From: Zancudomyces culisetae HAW-14-8
Lineage: Eukaryota > Fungi > Kickxellomycota
NCBI GenBank assembly: GCA_052426225.1
Contig: JBNJNM010000009.1
Span: forward strand, 434,001-498,000
DNA length: 64,000 nt
Reading direction: 5' to 3'
Each line of letters opens with the position of its first letter. Within the stretch, counting starts at the first letter, position 1. Made by a program: the position numbers and the translations under genes. This document shows positions 21,130-34,975 of this stretch, one piece after another. A model generated the notes under the pieces. That model had not been told where the DNA came from. It did not search any database and saw only the letters and a program-made list of their open reading frames with translations.

Positions 21130-24068
21130 CATCTTTCTATATACTTAATTTTGTCCGCCCATACTCTGACAAATATTGATCAACTTGTGATCATATAGGT
21201 TGTTTGCAACTTCCATAATCCATTTCCTATATCCTCACTTGTACTAGCATCATACTTTAACAACAGTTTGATCATCTTAGTATTTTTGTGGTTGATAGGC
21301 TTCTTCAAACCACAATCCTGGCTTAGAACCAAGTTCGGATTTCTTTCAAATAGAAGTTTCAATATTTCCAGACTATTATTCTCGCAAACCTGAATCACAC
21401 TATTTTCATGTCTATTTTTTTATTTTTGCTACCTTTTCAAATAATAGTCTCAGAATACCCATATTGTTGCTCCTACAAGCATATTACAAAAAATCTGACC
21501 CACTATTTTTAAGAAGGTGAGTATCCTTTAAAATTAATTTAACAGCCTCTAGATTTTTTTTCTCAATAGCTTCTCGAAGTAGGTAGGAGGCACCATCAAT
21601 ATCAGAACAACAGGTCAACATTAACTGCAAAGTTTCCATATCATCTAGAATAAATCACCTTAAATTGTATGAATCCTCTTTTACTTTTGCACCACGCTGC
21701 AGCAAAAACCTGATCATTTCAGTACTTCCTGCCAGAATCGCAATTTTTAGTATTTCAGTGTTCTCTTGAGACCCAATCTACATGCGATTCTGACTCCATT
21801 CCGCTCTGGGTCGCTTAAATCTACTCCACTTTCTACCAGCCATTTAACCATATTGAAACTACCAAGTAAACATGCCATGCTAATACAATCATACTCTGAA
21901 TTCTTGGGTACCACACCACCATTCCTAATCCAGTGCTCCAACACCTCAACTTTATCTGATTTACACGCTTCTTCAAAACCACTCGATTCTCCTTTTAACC
22001 TTGCACCCTTACTAATAAAGTAATTTATCCAGTCAATATCACCAGCTTTATATGCTGTTCTTAAGACCAAACTATCGTATGAATTAATATCAATTCCATA
22101 ATCTATCAACAGTTTCAGTATTTCAAAGTTTCGGTTGATTAATTCTGATTTTGCTTGCTTGTAGTGTCTATCATTCAACACCTCTGCATCATTCTCATAC
22201 CAGATCTCGCATGCTTTATACTAATTTTTTCCCAATATATTCTGCGGATTGTTTTCAATTGTATAATCAGTAGCTTCACCCAATTTATAATTTGAATCTC
22301 TTGAAATACGTATGGAATTACCAAGATTTGAAAATTCTACAAATTATAATGATCATGTATTGGAATATACAATCTCTATAACTCTCTCATATATATCCAC
22401 ATACTTTAGAAACCCATCAAAATCAACATTGTTATCTGGATAGTATTGATCATAGGACTGACAAACTTCAATAAGACACAACACCATTTTACTAAATTTC
22501 AGTCTCGTTCCAACCTAGCGTTTTCTTTCTGAGATTTTGAAGTCGATCTTATCATTGTTAAAAAGTTTTAATGTCGTTCTGCTGTTTCATTATTTTTTAT
22601 ACTACACACAGCTTTTAAATAACTTTTTGAATCGTTGTTCCAACAGAAGCACCATTTTTCAACAATAGTTGTAGCATATTCACATCTCTAATGCCAATCG
22701 TCATTCTTGCTCTTGCAAACTCGATTAATTTTAAATCAACTCCAGCTTATATAAGTTATCTTGAAATTTTGACATGACGACTTTTCATAGCCCCCTCTAA
22801 ACAAGAAATACTAAAGTGTTTGGATGCCTACTGATAATCACTTGCGTCAGTTCATATTTTTTCTTTTTTTAGCCATTATCAATGTATTTTCATCTAACTC
22901 TTCCTCCAGTTTATTGCTGTTATTTAAAAGATATTTTATGAGATCCAGACTATCATTTTTGTGCGCCAATTCTGTTATCTTTTCGATATTTCTCGAGTTT
23001 AACTCAACTTTAAAAATATATTTTTTATACAAACTCTCTCTCTCCTGTGAAATAAGGCTGCATTGAACAAAATCTGTGCGTGTCTACCACTAGAGTAGTT
23101 CTCCTCAAGAAATGTTATTAACTCTTTCCTATCCAACCCAATAGAGTAGAATGCACATATTGTATAGTTAAATAAATCTATCTCTTCCTCATATCCATAC
23201 TCCTGAATGAATATGCTCAGTTCATCATCTATCGGCACACCACGGGCGTTCACAGCCGATTCTAACTCCTGGAACGGAAAATCGAAGTTGATTTCGAAAT
23301 CCAAGATCCTTTTTAGCCACTCATTATTGTTTAATTTGCAGCTCTCGCTTGCAGCAACCGATATACAACATGTCATAAATATGTTATCGATGCATCTAAT
23401 ATTGCTTCCGACAGAACTACATATATCAGGAGGGAATTCAAACTTGGTGTTGCAAATATCCATTAGCATTTCGATATCACTCTCTCTGGCGATATTATGT
23501 ATCTGGAAGCTTAAAATAGATACGACATCAATATTAGCTATCATCGGCTTAATAATAATAGAATCAGAAACCCTGATTTTCGCTTCCTCTCTTCTTGATT
23601 CATACTCATTAGTGAATAAATTATCAATTTCAATATCTAGGTATTCACCCTCGTTCATAAATAAAATACCCTTCTGTACAACCGCAGGAGTGCTCTCATC
23701 AACTACTACATACATTTTAATCAACTTGTTTAGTATAACCCTTTACCTGTACTTGAGTGCCAGCTCCACAGCCGTTTCGTAGCTCAAGTTCTTTATTTTA
23801 CTCAAAACAAATGCCCCAACAGTCTCACTCATACACATTCGTGTGTGTTTTTCTAATATTGTTCCTAAATTTGATTCGGAACTATCTTCTTTATTTGATA
23901 AGACAAATTGAAGCGTGTATTCTTTAACAGTTTTCTCCTTTTGAGAGGCTTTGTATATACTTTTGTTTAAAAGCGATAGTTGAGGGTTCTGAGAAGTACA
24001 AATATGGTTAAATGGATGCTTGCTGGAAGTTTGTTGAAAGCACTGCTGTCGTTATTTATGGTAACCAT
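21130..24068 (-). pseudogene. Broken paralogue of the F-box-like/ankyrin gene
   Basis: Starts MVTINNDSSAFNKLPASI with an early 1-nt frameshift; fragments 22999-23724, 22847-23032, 21747-22181, 21180-21398 colinear with 14742-18158; internal deletion after 21747; 3' end approximate. Confidence 0.85.
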
Positions 24069-24956
24069 TCTATCGTAGATTGCCATATTCTTATTCCTTT
24101 CCCTCTACCTTAATTTGATTGTTGGTGTTTCGTTTAACAGGAAATATCATTAGTTAAATTGCTGATTTAAAATGAAACCAACCTCCTCATGCAGTATAGT
24201 TTTAGGCATTATAATCGGAATCTAAATAATTTTGGAGATTAAGAAATTGTCGATCCAATCTGGCTCAGATCCTGGAAACAACCTAGTAGAATCTACTAAT
24301 CTAGCATAATTCATGCTGATCATAGGCTTCTACAGCTACTGATAAGATTCACAATGTTTTCGCTTCTATTTCTTAACCTACAGTGACCAAGACAGCCTAT
24401 ATCGTACTCAAATATAAACACCACTGTTGTATAACTGTTTTGATAGTCCAAAATTATTATACTTTACTGAAAACACTTTTGATCGAGGTTTCTGGTTAAG
24501 TCAAGTTGAGCTGATGGGTGTACACAACTAGGTATTGAATGACAATATATTATCCAACGCGAGTTTATCGATTTTAGTATTTTTCGTTATTATCATTTGA
24601 CAGACTATTCTTGAGATCTTTTATTCTTAATAAATCAAAATCGTCACAATTTAACACTACATATTTCAAAAAATATTAGTTGTAGTACTTATTTATTTAT
24701 TTCTAGAGAATAGAATAACCCTAAAACTACAATACTACACAGGTTAAGGTAAAATGCAAGAGTATGCTAATAAATAATAAACAAAAAAATATCAAGAGCT
24801 CAGAGTAAAGTGGTCTTGGTTTTATTTCTAACTGTCTGTCCTTCTCAATAGTTAGAAAAAATTATGAATCTGTCAATGATATCAAAGTAAAAGCAGTGAA
24901 TACTCCAACTACAAACACGTACTGTGGGACATACAGTATGACTACTCCACTAATTC

Positions 24957-25352
24957 TTAGCATTTACATCCAGATTCACAGTGGCATTTCTCGCCTTTAT
25001 CCTCCTTGCATTCACAGGTTGCTTGTTCACATTTACATGGTCCTCCACATGTACAACCTTTACCATCTCTGCACTGACATATACTTTTTCCTTTGCACTT
25101 GCACTCATCCTCCTTGCAGATACACTTTTTACCTACTGAACACCTACAGGAGACACTGACTCCCTTATTTTCGGCACAGGTGCACTTTTCAGATTCACAA
25201 CAGCATTTTCCTTCAGAGGTGGCTGAACAACCTTGTCCCTTCTTGCAGCAGCATTCACAATTTCCAGCCTCACATGAACACCGACCCCCGGGCGTATCTC
25301 TGCACTTTCCAATATCTTTGTTGTAGCAGGCCTTTTTGTCGCATGAACTCAT
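24957..25352 (-). CDS. Long metallothionein-like Cys-rich protein (131 aa, 33 Cys)
   Basis: First ATG at 25352 (MSSCDKK); CxC and CCC motifs, Lys/Gly/Glu-rich, a single aromatic residue, no signal peptide. Confidence 0.8.
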   Translation of the reverse strand: MSSCDKKACYNKDIGKCRDTPGGRCSCEAGNCECCCKKGQGCSATSEGKCCCESEKCTCAENKGVSVSCRCSVGKKCICKEDECKCKGKSICQCRDGKGCTCGGPCKCEQATCECKEDKGEKCHCESGCKC

Positions 25353-26065
25353 CTTTGATTTACTTATTTTGGTTTGTATTGGTTTATTAGTCAACCTTAT
25401 TGGTATTATTGTTTTCTTTTTGTATTTAGTATGAAATACTAGGTGGTTTTATGATTGATATTTTCTTGTCTTTTTTGAGAAAAGTCGTGGACTATTTATG
25501 CTTTTTTATAGGTGCCAGTTTTCTTTGTACATACTCAAACTTGGATCATATTTTTATAAAAATAGAAACTTATACACTTGAAAAAGCGCATTACACGTCC
25601 GAGTTACTTTTGCCTACAATCAAGTATATATGATTATAAATCATTTAAATACACTTCTCGAGTTTCGTTATATTCATTAAAATTGCATTTACAAAACCCA
25701 TCCTGCTGCCCAATAGCGAAAATGGATCCATGCAATACATATGTGAATTTATTTGTTCATGCCTCACTATAGTTCTGTCACAAGATTTCCTGCTGTTTTT
25801 TATATAATCCCATTTCTTCCTATTCAATTGCGCTTATTCTGCTATTGCTATTTTATTAGCAAAAATATCGACCGTTTATTCACCCTCAATACACTTTTAC
25901 TATTCCAAACATTTATGAAATAATACTTTGCTTTTTTACACATTAAAATCATTTTAAACCCAGGCATTTATGTCTCTCCTACTCTGATCTTATTTTTTTC
26001 CACTATAATCTATTAATTAAACATCACATACAACTAAAAAATAATATTATTACACAACATCTTTA

Positions 26066-26126
26066 TAATCAACCCCCCCCCCCCTTTGTTCATCTAGGAA
26101 CTATATACCCACTCAAAGTTGGTTAA
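26066..26126 (+). repeat. Dispersed inter-gene motif, copy D
   Basis: taatcaa-C-run-tttgttcatctaggaactatatacccactcaaagttggttaa. Confidence 0.7.
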
Positions 26127-26250
26127 TTGAGGTTGTTTCTCATCGTATCTACCTGTATTTATTTTAATGGCAGAATAAGGTTTATTTCATTAAAAAGTTT
26201 CTAAAAAAATCAATATATAATCTAACCTCATCCTATTCCCCTTCGACACG

Positions 26251-26286
26251 CTCAAGTATTCATACCCGATGGGCATCGATTCAAGA
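26251..26286 (+). repeat. Dispersed inter-gene motif, copy E
   Basis: ctcaagtattcatacccgatgggcatcgattcaaga. Confidence 0.55.
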
Positions 26287-27945
26287 CGTTCGTTTAAGGT
26301 TTAATAAATGGCTAGCTGGAGTCACTGCTGTTTTATTAAATAGTAGTGAAACACTGTAGCCTCCGTCCACATTCTCAATTTAATAAAAGGAAATTTTTCT
26401 ATCAGCACTGGTTCCCCATTTAGGACTCTTGGATTGCTATGAGAAATTTACCTGATCCACTTTGTGGAAATATCATATGAGTCTACGTTATCACAAGCCT
26501 AAAACTCGTTAATGTGTTACTTTACTATCCCTTGGTTTGGAACTATGCTGTGGTAATCCAAAATAGTATTCCGCCCTTTTCCTACCAAACGAAGCGAATG
26601 TTGACATGAATGATTCCAAAGAGCGACGCTCTGATATAATTTATTTATTGAGAAGCTTTACAAAAATTATTTTCCGGTGGCAAGATTTTACATTTTTAGG
26701 GGAATTGCATCGTCTTATCTTTTCATTATGCTTGATGCTCAATCTTCAGTCTTCAATTTACCCAATTTTAGCTCACCTTCCAAAATATGCGTACAAATAA
26801 AAGGTAATACAAGTTTCCCTACAAAATTATGCGGGGATGTTAGTATTCAAGTATTCCACTTTAATGTTATGAACTATAGGGGATATTTTTTACTGCGTTT
26901 CAGTAAAATATACGCTGATTTGGTGTATGAAATCCTAACAAAACTGAAAAAAAAATTAGTAGAGCATGCATTTGCCGTATTTTATTGGAGAAGCAGGGAG
27001 AGGGAAGGGAGAGGGAAGGGAGACCACAAAATTGGTGGTACTTTCCGTGAAATTGAAATGATTTTCGTGACACACACTTCACTTAATTTTCTGTAAATCT
27101 GACCCGATCAGGTTCGAACGAGTATCTGTTCGTTATTGTCAGTGCTTATCGCTTTAAATAAACACTTATACTTTATAAGTGTCAAATATCTTTTCATAAA
27201 AAATTATTAGTGAATCTAGCTCGTTGAACCAACCCAAAATTTTCATTATCTACCTTGTTCAATATCATACGATATGAAAGTATCTATTCAGATAGTGAAA
27301 AAGTATATTCCACAAATCCATATGCCTCTTACTCATACGATGCACAAAAAAAAGTGCTGAAAGCAAAGTGGAGCTGTAGGACTTGGCATATTTCACATAC
27401 TTAGTTTTGTTTAAAACACATTTTTTTATTTCCACATAAGTTTACAAATTTAACTGGGAGATAATATATATATCTACAACTAGTGCCAAATAAAAAACAA
27501 AAACTCCCAGAACAATCAAATTGCATAATGTTGTACAAGAAATAATGATGAAAGAGAAAAGAAAATGCCAAGCTGTAAGTCTACTGGGTGGTGAAAACAA
27601 AGATACTAACATTCTCTTCACATAATATAATTTTCAAGCAATGAAGTGAGAGACAGCCCGTTATGTATCTTTTTGCTATTCTAAAATACTAAGTAGATTT
27701 TCTATTTGGGTTACCACGCAGTCACTTGGTAAAGAATGACTATCGTTGCTGGCAGTCTACTCTTGTGTGTATATATATATATATATGTGTATGCTTTGAT
27801 ACCATACCATACCACACCACATCATACATAAAGGTTGATGATGCAACAAGAGAAGAATCCTATGAATACTGAGGAGGAAGGATTTCCATTTCTCCTTAGA
27901 AGAGGGGCTAAAAAATACAAGACTAGATTCGCACTATAAGTAGCA

Positions 27946-28668
27946 TCAGTATTCTCTAGAGGGGGTGGGGGAGTGCGCTCTTGTAATAGGTGCCGATTTG
28001 GAGTAGAGCGTAGAAGAGGAGAATGGGCTGTATTTTGAGGATCCCATGTATGGGCTATCTATTACTGTATTCATTGGGGTTGCAGGAGTACTATAGCTGT
28101 TTTCAGGCTTCAAATAGTACTGGTCGTCATATACACGGGAGATAGCAAAGTTGGTTGAATTTAATTTTTGTTCCAATGTGGTTTGTATATCCGAGCTGAC
28201 ATGGTTGTGCGTTGCTGAATGTTTGGTGAGGCTTGTTTTTCGAGTAAACCTTTTAAGGCATCCTGGAAAGGTACACAAGTAGGGCTTTGCACCTGTATGT
28301 ATCCTCCTGTGTCTCGCAAGAGATGAAGAGTCACTAAACTTTCTAAAGCAAACCTCACAAGAGTGTGGTTTTTCTCCTGTGTGTGTTCGGATATGCACCT
28401 TAAGTGCGGATCGTTGAATAAACTTTTTATCACACCCTTCCCATGTACACTTAAAAGGTCTATCGCCTGTATGTATTCTGATGTGTCTATATAAATCCGA
28501 TTTTCTTGCAAATTCACTGGTACATCCCCCATAAGTGCATTTGAACGGCTTTGGACCATCAGCCTCAATCTTTATGGTACTTGCTGTAAAAAGATATGCA
28601 AGACCTGAGTTTTGCTTTTCGAAATAGTTGTTGCCTGTAGGCTCCGATAGTAAGTCACTAATATCCAT
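27946..28668 (-). CDS. C2H2 zinc-finger transcription factor (4 fingers)
   Basis: Four C-x2/4-C-x12-H-x3-H fingers with TGDRP/TGEKP/TGAKP linkers; S/T/P-rich tail. Confidence 0.93.
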   Translation of the reverse strand: MDISDLLSEPTGNNYFEKQNSGLAYLFTASTIKIEADGPKPFKCTYGGCTSEFARKSDLYRHIRIHTGDRPFKCTWEGCDKKFIQRSALKVHIRTHTGEKPHSCEVCFRKFSDSSSLARHRRIHTGAKPYLCTFPGCLKRFTRKTSLTKHSATHNHVSSDIQTTLEQKLNSTNFAISRVYDDQYYLKPENSYSTPATPMNTVIDSPYMGSSKYSPFSSSTLYSKSAPITRAHSPTPSREY

Positions 28669-31600
28669 TCTGATAAAGTATCTTTTGAAGGGTACAAACG
28701 CTTAATATATTGATTCTTTGCTATACTTGATTTTGTATTCTTTGTATAAAGCCTTAAAAGTATTTTTAAAAAGTTGGGGAACCAAGACTTTCAGGTTCAC
28801 AGTTTTTATATGTTTTTCAAAAAAAAAAATGTAGGAGCGAGGGAATTTCAAACCACATTAAAGAAATAGACGTTTATTTATTTATGCTTTGCTCAGGTAT
28901 GAATATAAATTAAAACATTAGACCACTGTCATTACCAAAAAAACATATACAATTGTAACATCTCGGAGAGATTGTTTTGATATGAACCAATGGTGGTTTT
29001 AAATTACACCGTTTCTACGTAAATCACGGCTTAGAAAATAGGTTAATGAATCTTCTTGGCCATTTTGATATTATCTCCCACATTGAAAATTTTTTCATAT
29101 TCCCTTCAAAATTTTTTTTTTGAATAGCGCAATAATAATAATCACACTACCAACATAAATACTTGCGCTTACTCCAAAAATCATGGCTTTTTTCAGGTCA
29201 TATTTTTTCTTTTCTCAGTTTCTCTACTTCTTCCGCATATTCCATCTGATTCTGTCATTCCTTAGCAATTTTGAACCCCAAGCAACAAAAAAAAAAACTT
29301 GAAAAAATGGAACAATCAAGACACATAAATTCTATTGGGATTGTGAAAAGTGTTTAATTAAAGCATCTCTTTGCTATTTTTGTTCATACCCGCATCCCAT
29401 TCTTATCTACAAATCACATTTGTATTGTCCATCGATAAACGTTTTATTTCAAATCAATTAGGGTAACAAAGTTCAATTTCTATAGGCTGGAAAAAAAATG
29501 CTTTGCGCTACTAATAACTGACCAATAGATCTCTAGAATAATATAATACTCGTGTAAAATAAAAACTTTTTTTTTGGGGGGAATAAAGAATAAAGAGGTA
29601 TGAGCTGAATTTGCACGTGTGGTTCAGCTTCTCATGTCCATTGCTTCTCAAAAAAAAATTTTTTTTTTCTATGGCGTCTGTTAAAAAAGCAACCACCAAT
29701 TGAAAATTTATATATTTCAAATAAGGCTCTTAGATTGTACTGATAAACGTAGATAATGGAGCACGCTAATGTCACCCTATTTATTACTTCAGTTATCTGA
29801 CCAATTTGAATTCAAAACTTTGAAATATTATGTTTTTTTACCTATTCAAATTGCCTCTGGTTCGATATAACTGATAAACTTTTTTGCATCAATAAATATT
29901 ACGTAAGTCCTAGCACTTTATTTATAAAAGTCAGTTTTTCTCATACAATGGCGTTTATGTTTGGCAAATGGGTTTTTGAGAGTTGACCATTTATTTAATA
30001 AGTTCCCCAAAAGAATGTCCTATATTTTTATTACCCAATGCACGGAATTACAAATCTACCTGTTCCTTCCGCACAATTTATCGCATCATTATTGCTAATC
30101 ATAAAAGGCCGGATTTCAGCTTGTCTTTTATTTTATTATATTTATTTATTGTTTATTTATTAATTTCCTTTCTATTACCTTCAAGGCTAAAATGGTATGA
30201 TTTTCCTCCCCACCATATAAGTGGTAAAACGTTTTTGCAGAACAGAAATCGGAAGGCCAGTTTAAAGGGAGGCTGACGGTATGACTTTGATGATAATAGA
30301 AAAACGTTTTTTTTTCCCTATTTTATGGTATGTATTAACATGGGCTGTGTTTACCTGTGCAGTTTGGACAAGTATGCAAGAAGACAATCATACTGAAATT
30401 AAGGGCCTCAGCAAGATACTAAAAAACTGGCACGTTTTTTACATTATTTCAACCTTTTCCCTGGCTTTCTTAGTAAGGAAATTTTTTGTCTGCCCTATCG
30501 TTTATTTTTTCGCTGAATTGATTAGCATGTGAAACTAACCCAACGCTGAAACCACCTTTTTGTTTAGAAATATTTCGGAATAATTAAAACAATCACACCT
30601 TGATTAAAACAAATTAATTCACCTTCCAGTTTACAAATTTTTGACTTTTTTTTTTCCAACCACTAGTCAAACTGAAACTCCTTCTTTGAACCTTGTATTG
30701 AACTCCAGATCTATGCCTCCCAATAAGGCAAAAAAGCATTGTAATCAAACAAGCAAAATTGTGGGCCCTACAACTTTTCCATACACACTTGCCTACATTT
30801 TTCCCAAAGCCACCTACCCCTAACATTAATACCTATTTGGTAACCCGGTACATCCGTGAAACAAAGATCCTAGTTAAAACCCATTCTCATAACTTAAATC
30901 CTGCTTGATTTTGGTCATCTGAGTAGTAGTAAACAGAAAAATGGACCTCTTTCCAAAAATAAATACCCATGATTTGTAAAGACCAAATGTTGTGGAGTGG
31001 GTGGGTGGGGTATTCACCCCCTTCTTCAACTCATAGTAATGAAATGATAAGAACCTTCACAAATATTGCTCTATCTTTCATCATTTTTACGTTATCTTCC
31101 AATGAGAATAATAAAAAATTCTTTACATTACGCAAAACCATTGCACCTCAGCCTCACTTCAGTTTATGCCTAATACTTTTTTTTTTTTAGTGACATGAGC
31201 AAGCAATTGCGAATGTGATTTGATACGCATGTTTTATCAAACTGTCATCAACAAACGCCAATAATATCCAATATTAAATAGATTTATTTAGCCTCCCGCA
31301 ATAAATGGTTACGAATATTAGACTGGTTCCAAGTGAACCCTGACTCCTTGAGGAATTTCCCAGTTTATCCAAATGATAATTAAGTCAAGCTAACTACACG
31401 TTCTTACCTTTGCCCTTGCCCTTCCCCCCTGACCCTGACTTTGTCCTCACACTCATCCTTATCCGTTCACATCTCTCATGATCTTAAGCATGTGAAAATT
31501 TTTTTGGTTTATTTCTTTCTGTAAACTAAACTAGTTTGACAGGTAATTATGTCACCAATCGCAATTCTTGCTGCATTCTGTATGTAAAAAAAAAGTTCTT

Positions 31601-32369
31601 ATACACATGCATATCAAAACTTATGATTTCTCATTTTATCTTCACATTCACGTTATATCTCTTTGAAAGCAAGATATGATTAATTAACGAACAACTTGCT
31701 GGTGGCCAAGATAAACCATCAGTTTTGGATATACCTGAAAAAACAATTTTGTATTATACAAATGCCCCTAATACTTTCAAAAGAAAGAGTAAATTTACGA
31801 GAAAGTGAGAGAACAAAATCTAACACTAACTTGCAAGTTATTTCTTGCTTATCTAGCTTTCCTTCTTTGTAACTCTGAACCATTTATCCCAGTTGTTTTT
31901 TGTTTTGTGTTTGAATAGAAGGGCAGAAAGAAATATGGATGCTGATAACAAAGACAATCACCATTTGTATATTAACACTTCCAACGAAAAAAATCAATAA
32001 ATAACTTGATATGACATGGCCTGATATTTTGAGGGTGGGACAATCTAGCTGAACTTAGCGTTATGTGGTTCAAAAAACGTAGAATTTCAGGTTTGTAGTA
32101 AGTTATATTTACCATTTGCAGACCAAGCCCAGACCTTATCCAGATTCGGCAACCATCAGTATTGAGCCTTTACTTGACTTGGTTTACAACGCATAAAACA
32201 AATTCAACATTAATTAATTCATATCTTCAGCATTTTTAAATGTTTGTTAAGAGTTTGGTGCGGAACTATATAATTGTCATAAATAATTCATAATTGTTGT
32301 TGTAATGTTCCCATTCATGGTTTCATCAAAGCAATACCACATTCACAATGGCATTCAAAATACCAAAAA

Positions 32370-32413
32370 TTTGAATAAGGTGATTTGAATAAGGTGATTT
32401 GAATAAGGTGATT
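32370..32413. repeat. 14-bp tandem repeat (TTTGAATAAGGTGA) x3
   Basis: Three perfect copies. Confidence 0.9.
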
Positions 32414-34765
32414 AGAAATAAAAGTTATGGTTTGCACTTGTTATAAACAAAATAATAATTATATGGCGTGATTTCTCATCATAATTGGGTTCAATTGATA
32501 CTTTTTGAGCTGAACTCTCATTTAACATAGATAACACACAATTGCATGTGAATGGTACTTTGGTAAATCCTAACTTCAAACCAACATGTTGAAACCTTTC
32601 TACTATTTTTTGTATTTCATCCTAGGTTTACTTTTAGTGGTTTGATACCAATCATATGTAACAGTTATGATGTTTTCATTTCGAGTGTGCGTCTATGTTG
32701 GTTATTTGGGTTAAGAGTAAACGAAAACAAACATTTCTTGAGTTTCTGTGCTTTTACTAGGACTATTTATGGGTTATGGCATTGACAAATAAATATGTAT
32801 ATGCGCAAGTAAGAAGAAAAAATCACTGTTAAAAGGAAACGGAAAGGTACATGAGAAAAATAGAAAAAGCTCAGTTAATGCTGTATGTGCTATAGCCAGA
32901 CGTTTTTTGGAACATTTCAGCAGAGGGGTCGAAAGCGAAACCTGAACCGAGGTACTTGAGGCTTCTTGTAAAGGCAACCCAGCACAGACCATTTTCCTCC
33001 TTTTACGTCTTCCTCCTCATCCTCCAAAAAATGAACAGCTAATTCACCAATAGTAAAGTCAACTGTCGAAAACAAAGGATCTATAGTTGACCATCCCGAA
33101 TATCTGCTGTACAACCCCATAGTGCAAAAAAAGATTCAGTGGATGGTGTAGAGGGGATAGCTAGTGGGTGAAAGTGCTATACCAAACCCAATCAAAAAAT
33201 AAAAAGACCCTAAAAAGAAGTTGTATATCCAACCGAGGAGTAGATTGATTGTGTTACAAAACAAAACATGTTATACTTCACCTGTGCATTTTAGTTCAGA
33301 ATAGCAGCTATTCTCTTCGTTCAAATACGCTTTTTGTACTAGTGAGGCTAAAAACGATGGAAAAAAGATATATCATTGTATTATACGGTTTATGAGATCG
33401 TATTTTGTTGAGCCGAAACTACCTGGTAACCGCGTATATGTGTATTATAGCATTTTTTTTCTCTGAAAAAAAAGGTAAAAGAATTATGTATAAGGTAGCT
33501 GGGACCTTATCTAAACGCTAGAAGTGCACTTACATGGAAATCTGTGACATCATTAGCTGTTGTGCTTTGCGTGCCTTACTTTCGAGATTATCAACATTCT
33601 CTTTTAATTTCCGTGTGTTGTCGTTGACTTCGGCCAATTGTGCGATCAATTGGTCGTAGAGCTGGTCTAGGCTTGTGGCATGTGCATCTGACATTATTAT
33701 GGTATTCAAGTATCGATATTTACTCTTTTCTTCTTGTATCCACCGTTATAAAACCTTCTTCTGTAAACAAAGTTTTGAATCTTGCTGTTGGTCTTGCTAA
33801 ATGTCAAGAAAATTTTATATTCTTGGAATACTTTTCAAAAGATAAACTGAATTCCTGATATTACTTTTACTCTTGGTTTTTTTATATAACTGATTGGAGG
33901 CTTTAGGTTTTTTTCCCCCGTTATTTGGTCAAATAAATAGCCTCATATTTACAAAACCGTTTAACCGCAAACAAACCACACCAATAAAATTCTCAGGTGT
34001 GTGTTATTTTCTCTACGCTTTCAAAACTTGATAAAGGGCACTCGACAAAAAAAAAAGTGAGGCTAAACCACATTCTGCACAAGAAGGTGAGGTCCTAACT
34101 CTTAGCGGGCTCGTCGAAAAAATACCAGCGATCTTCTACAAAACGAGACAGCTGAACAAAGACTAGCTGCAACATATATTATCTTTACATATGTATGTAG
34201 AATCAAGTTTGAAGCCTACTTACTGTCTTTATTGTTGCTCTAAATGACTTTCTTCCCTCCTACGTTTCTTGTTAGTTTTTTTGTAGCAGGAACAATATAT
34301 ACAAAAATCATCTCCGTTGTGGTCTAGTTTCGATTTGGTTAATAAACTCAGACGTGTTTTCAAGAGACATATCCACATCAAAGGTGCGGGGGTATGTATG
34401 TGTAAACATAGCGTCATAACGTAATAAGGCCAACTCGTCCCATTGATAAAACCTTTTCAATTGCCCCAACAATCTATCGCATGGTTTTTTGCTTATTCAC
34501 TCAATTTATATAACATCAGCATAGCCAAAACTATGGTACCTTTTCTTTTTCTACTACTTGAGTGTAATTAATACAAATATGATTGAAATAACCGCAGAAC
34601 TCGAGTAAACTTTGTTTTTATTAAATTAGGCTGTAAAACCAAAAAAGCAAAGAAACAAAAACAAAAAACTAAGTACTAAAAGCAGAAATACAATTATATG
34701 CATCTAACAAGAAAGCGGGGTTGTTCACCGAATTCGAAGTTAATTTTGTGTCGTTTTGTTGTATT

Positions 34766-34975
34766 TTAAACAGCATCAGTCACTTCATCTACTAATGTTT
34801 TTCTTGAAAAAATTATAATTAAGGCATGGATCAACCCAGGAATAAAGAAAAAGATTGTTAGTATCAAGTTTAACCAAAACTGTGCGGTGGCCTTTCTTTC
34901 CATATAAACCGCGAGAGGTGGGATGAAGATTGCGATCAGAACCAAGACGCCTTGACTTTGCCTTTGGACTGCCAT
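34766..34975 (-). CDS. PMP3: Pmp3/UPF0057 plasma-membrane proteolipid
   Basis: IAIFIPPLAVY...FWLNLILTIFFFIPGLIHALIII. Confidence 0.92.
   Translation of the reverse strand: MAVQRQSQGVLVLIAIFIPPLAVYMERKATAQFWLNLILTIFFFIPGLIHALIIIFSRKTLVDEVTDAV

Noticed and set aside
14650-26290. CRISPR array or bona fide integron attC sites
   Set aside because: Motif copies are degenerate and kb apart, with no cas or integrase gene and no RYYYAAC/GTTRRRY pairing of proper length
27224-27236. TTGAACCAACCC, a possible inverted partial motif copy (similar trace at ~12802)
   Set aside because: Too short to distinguish from chance
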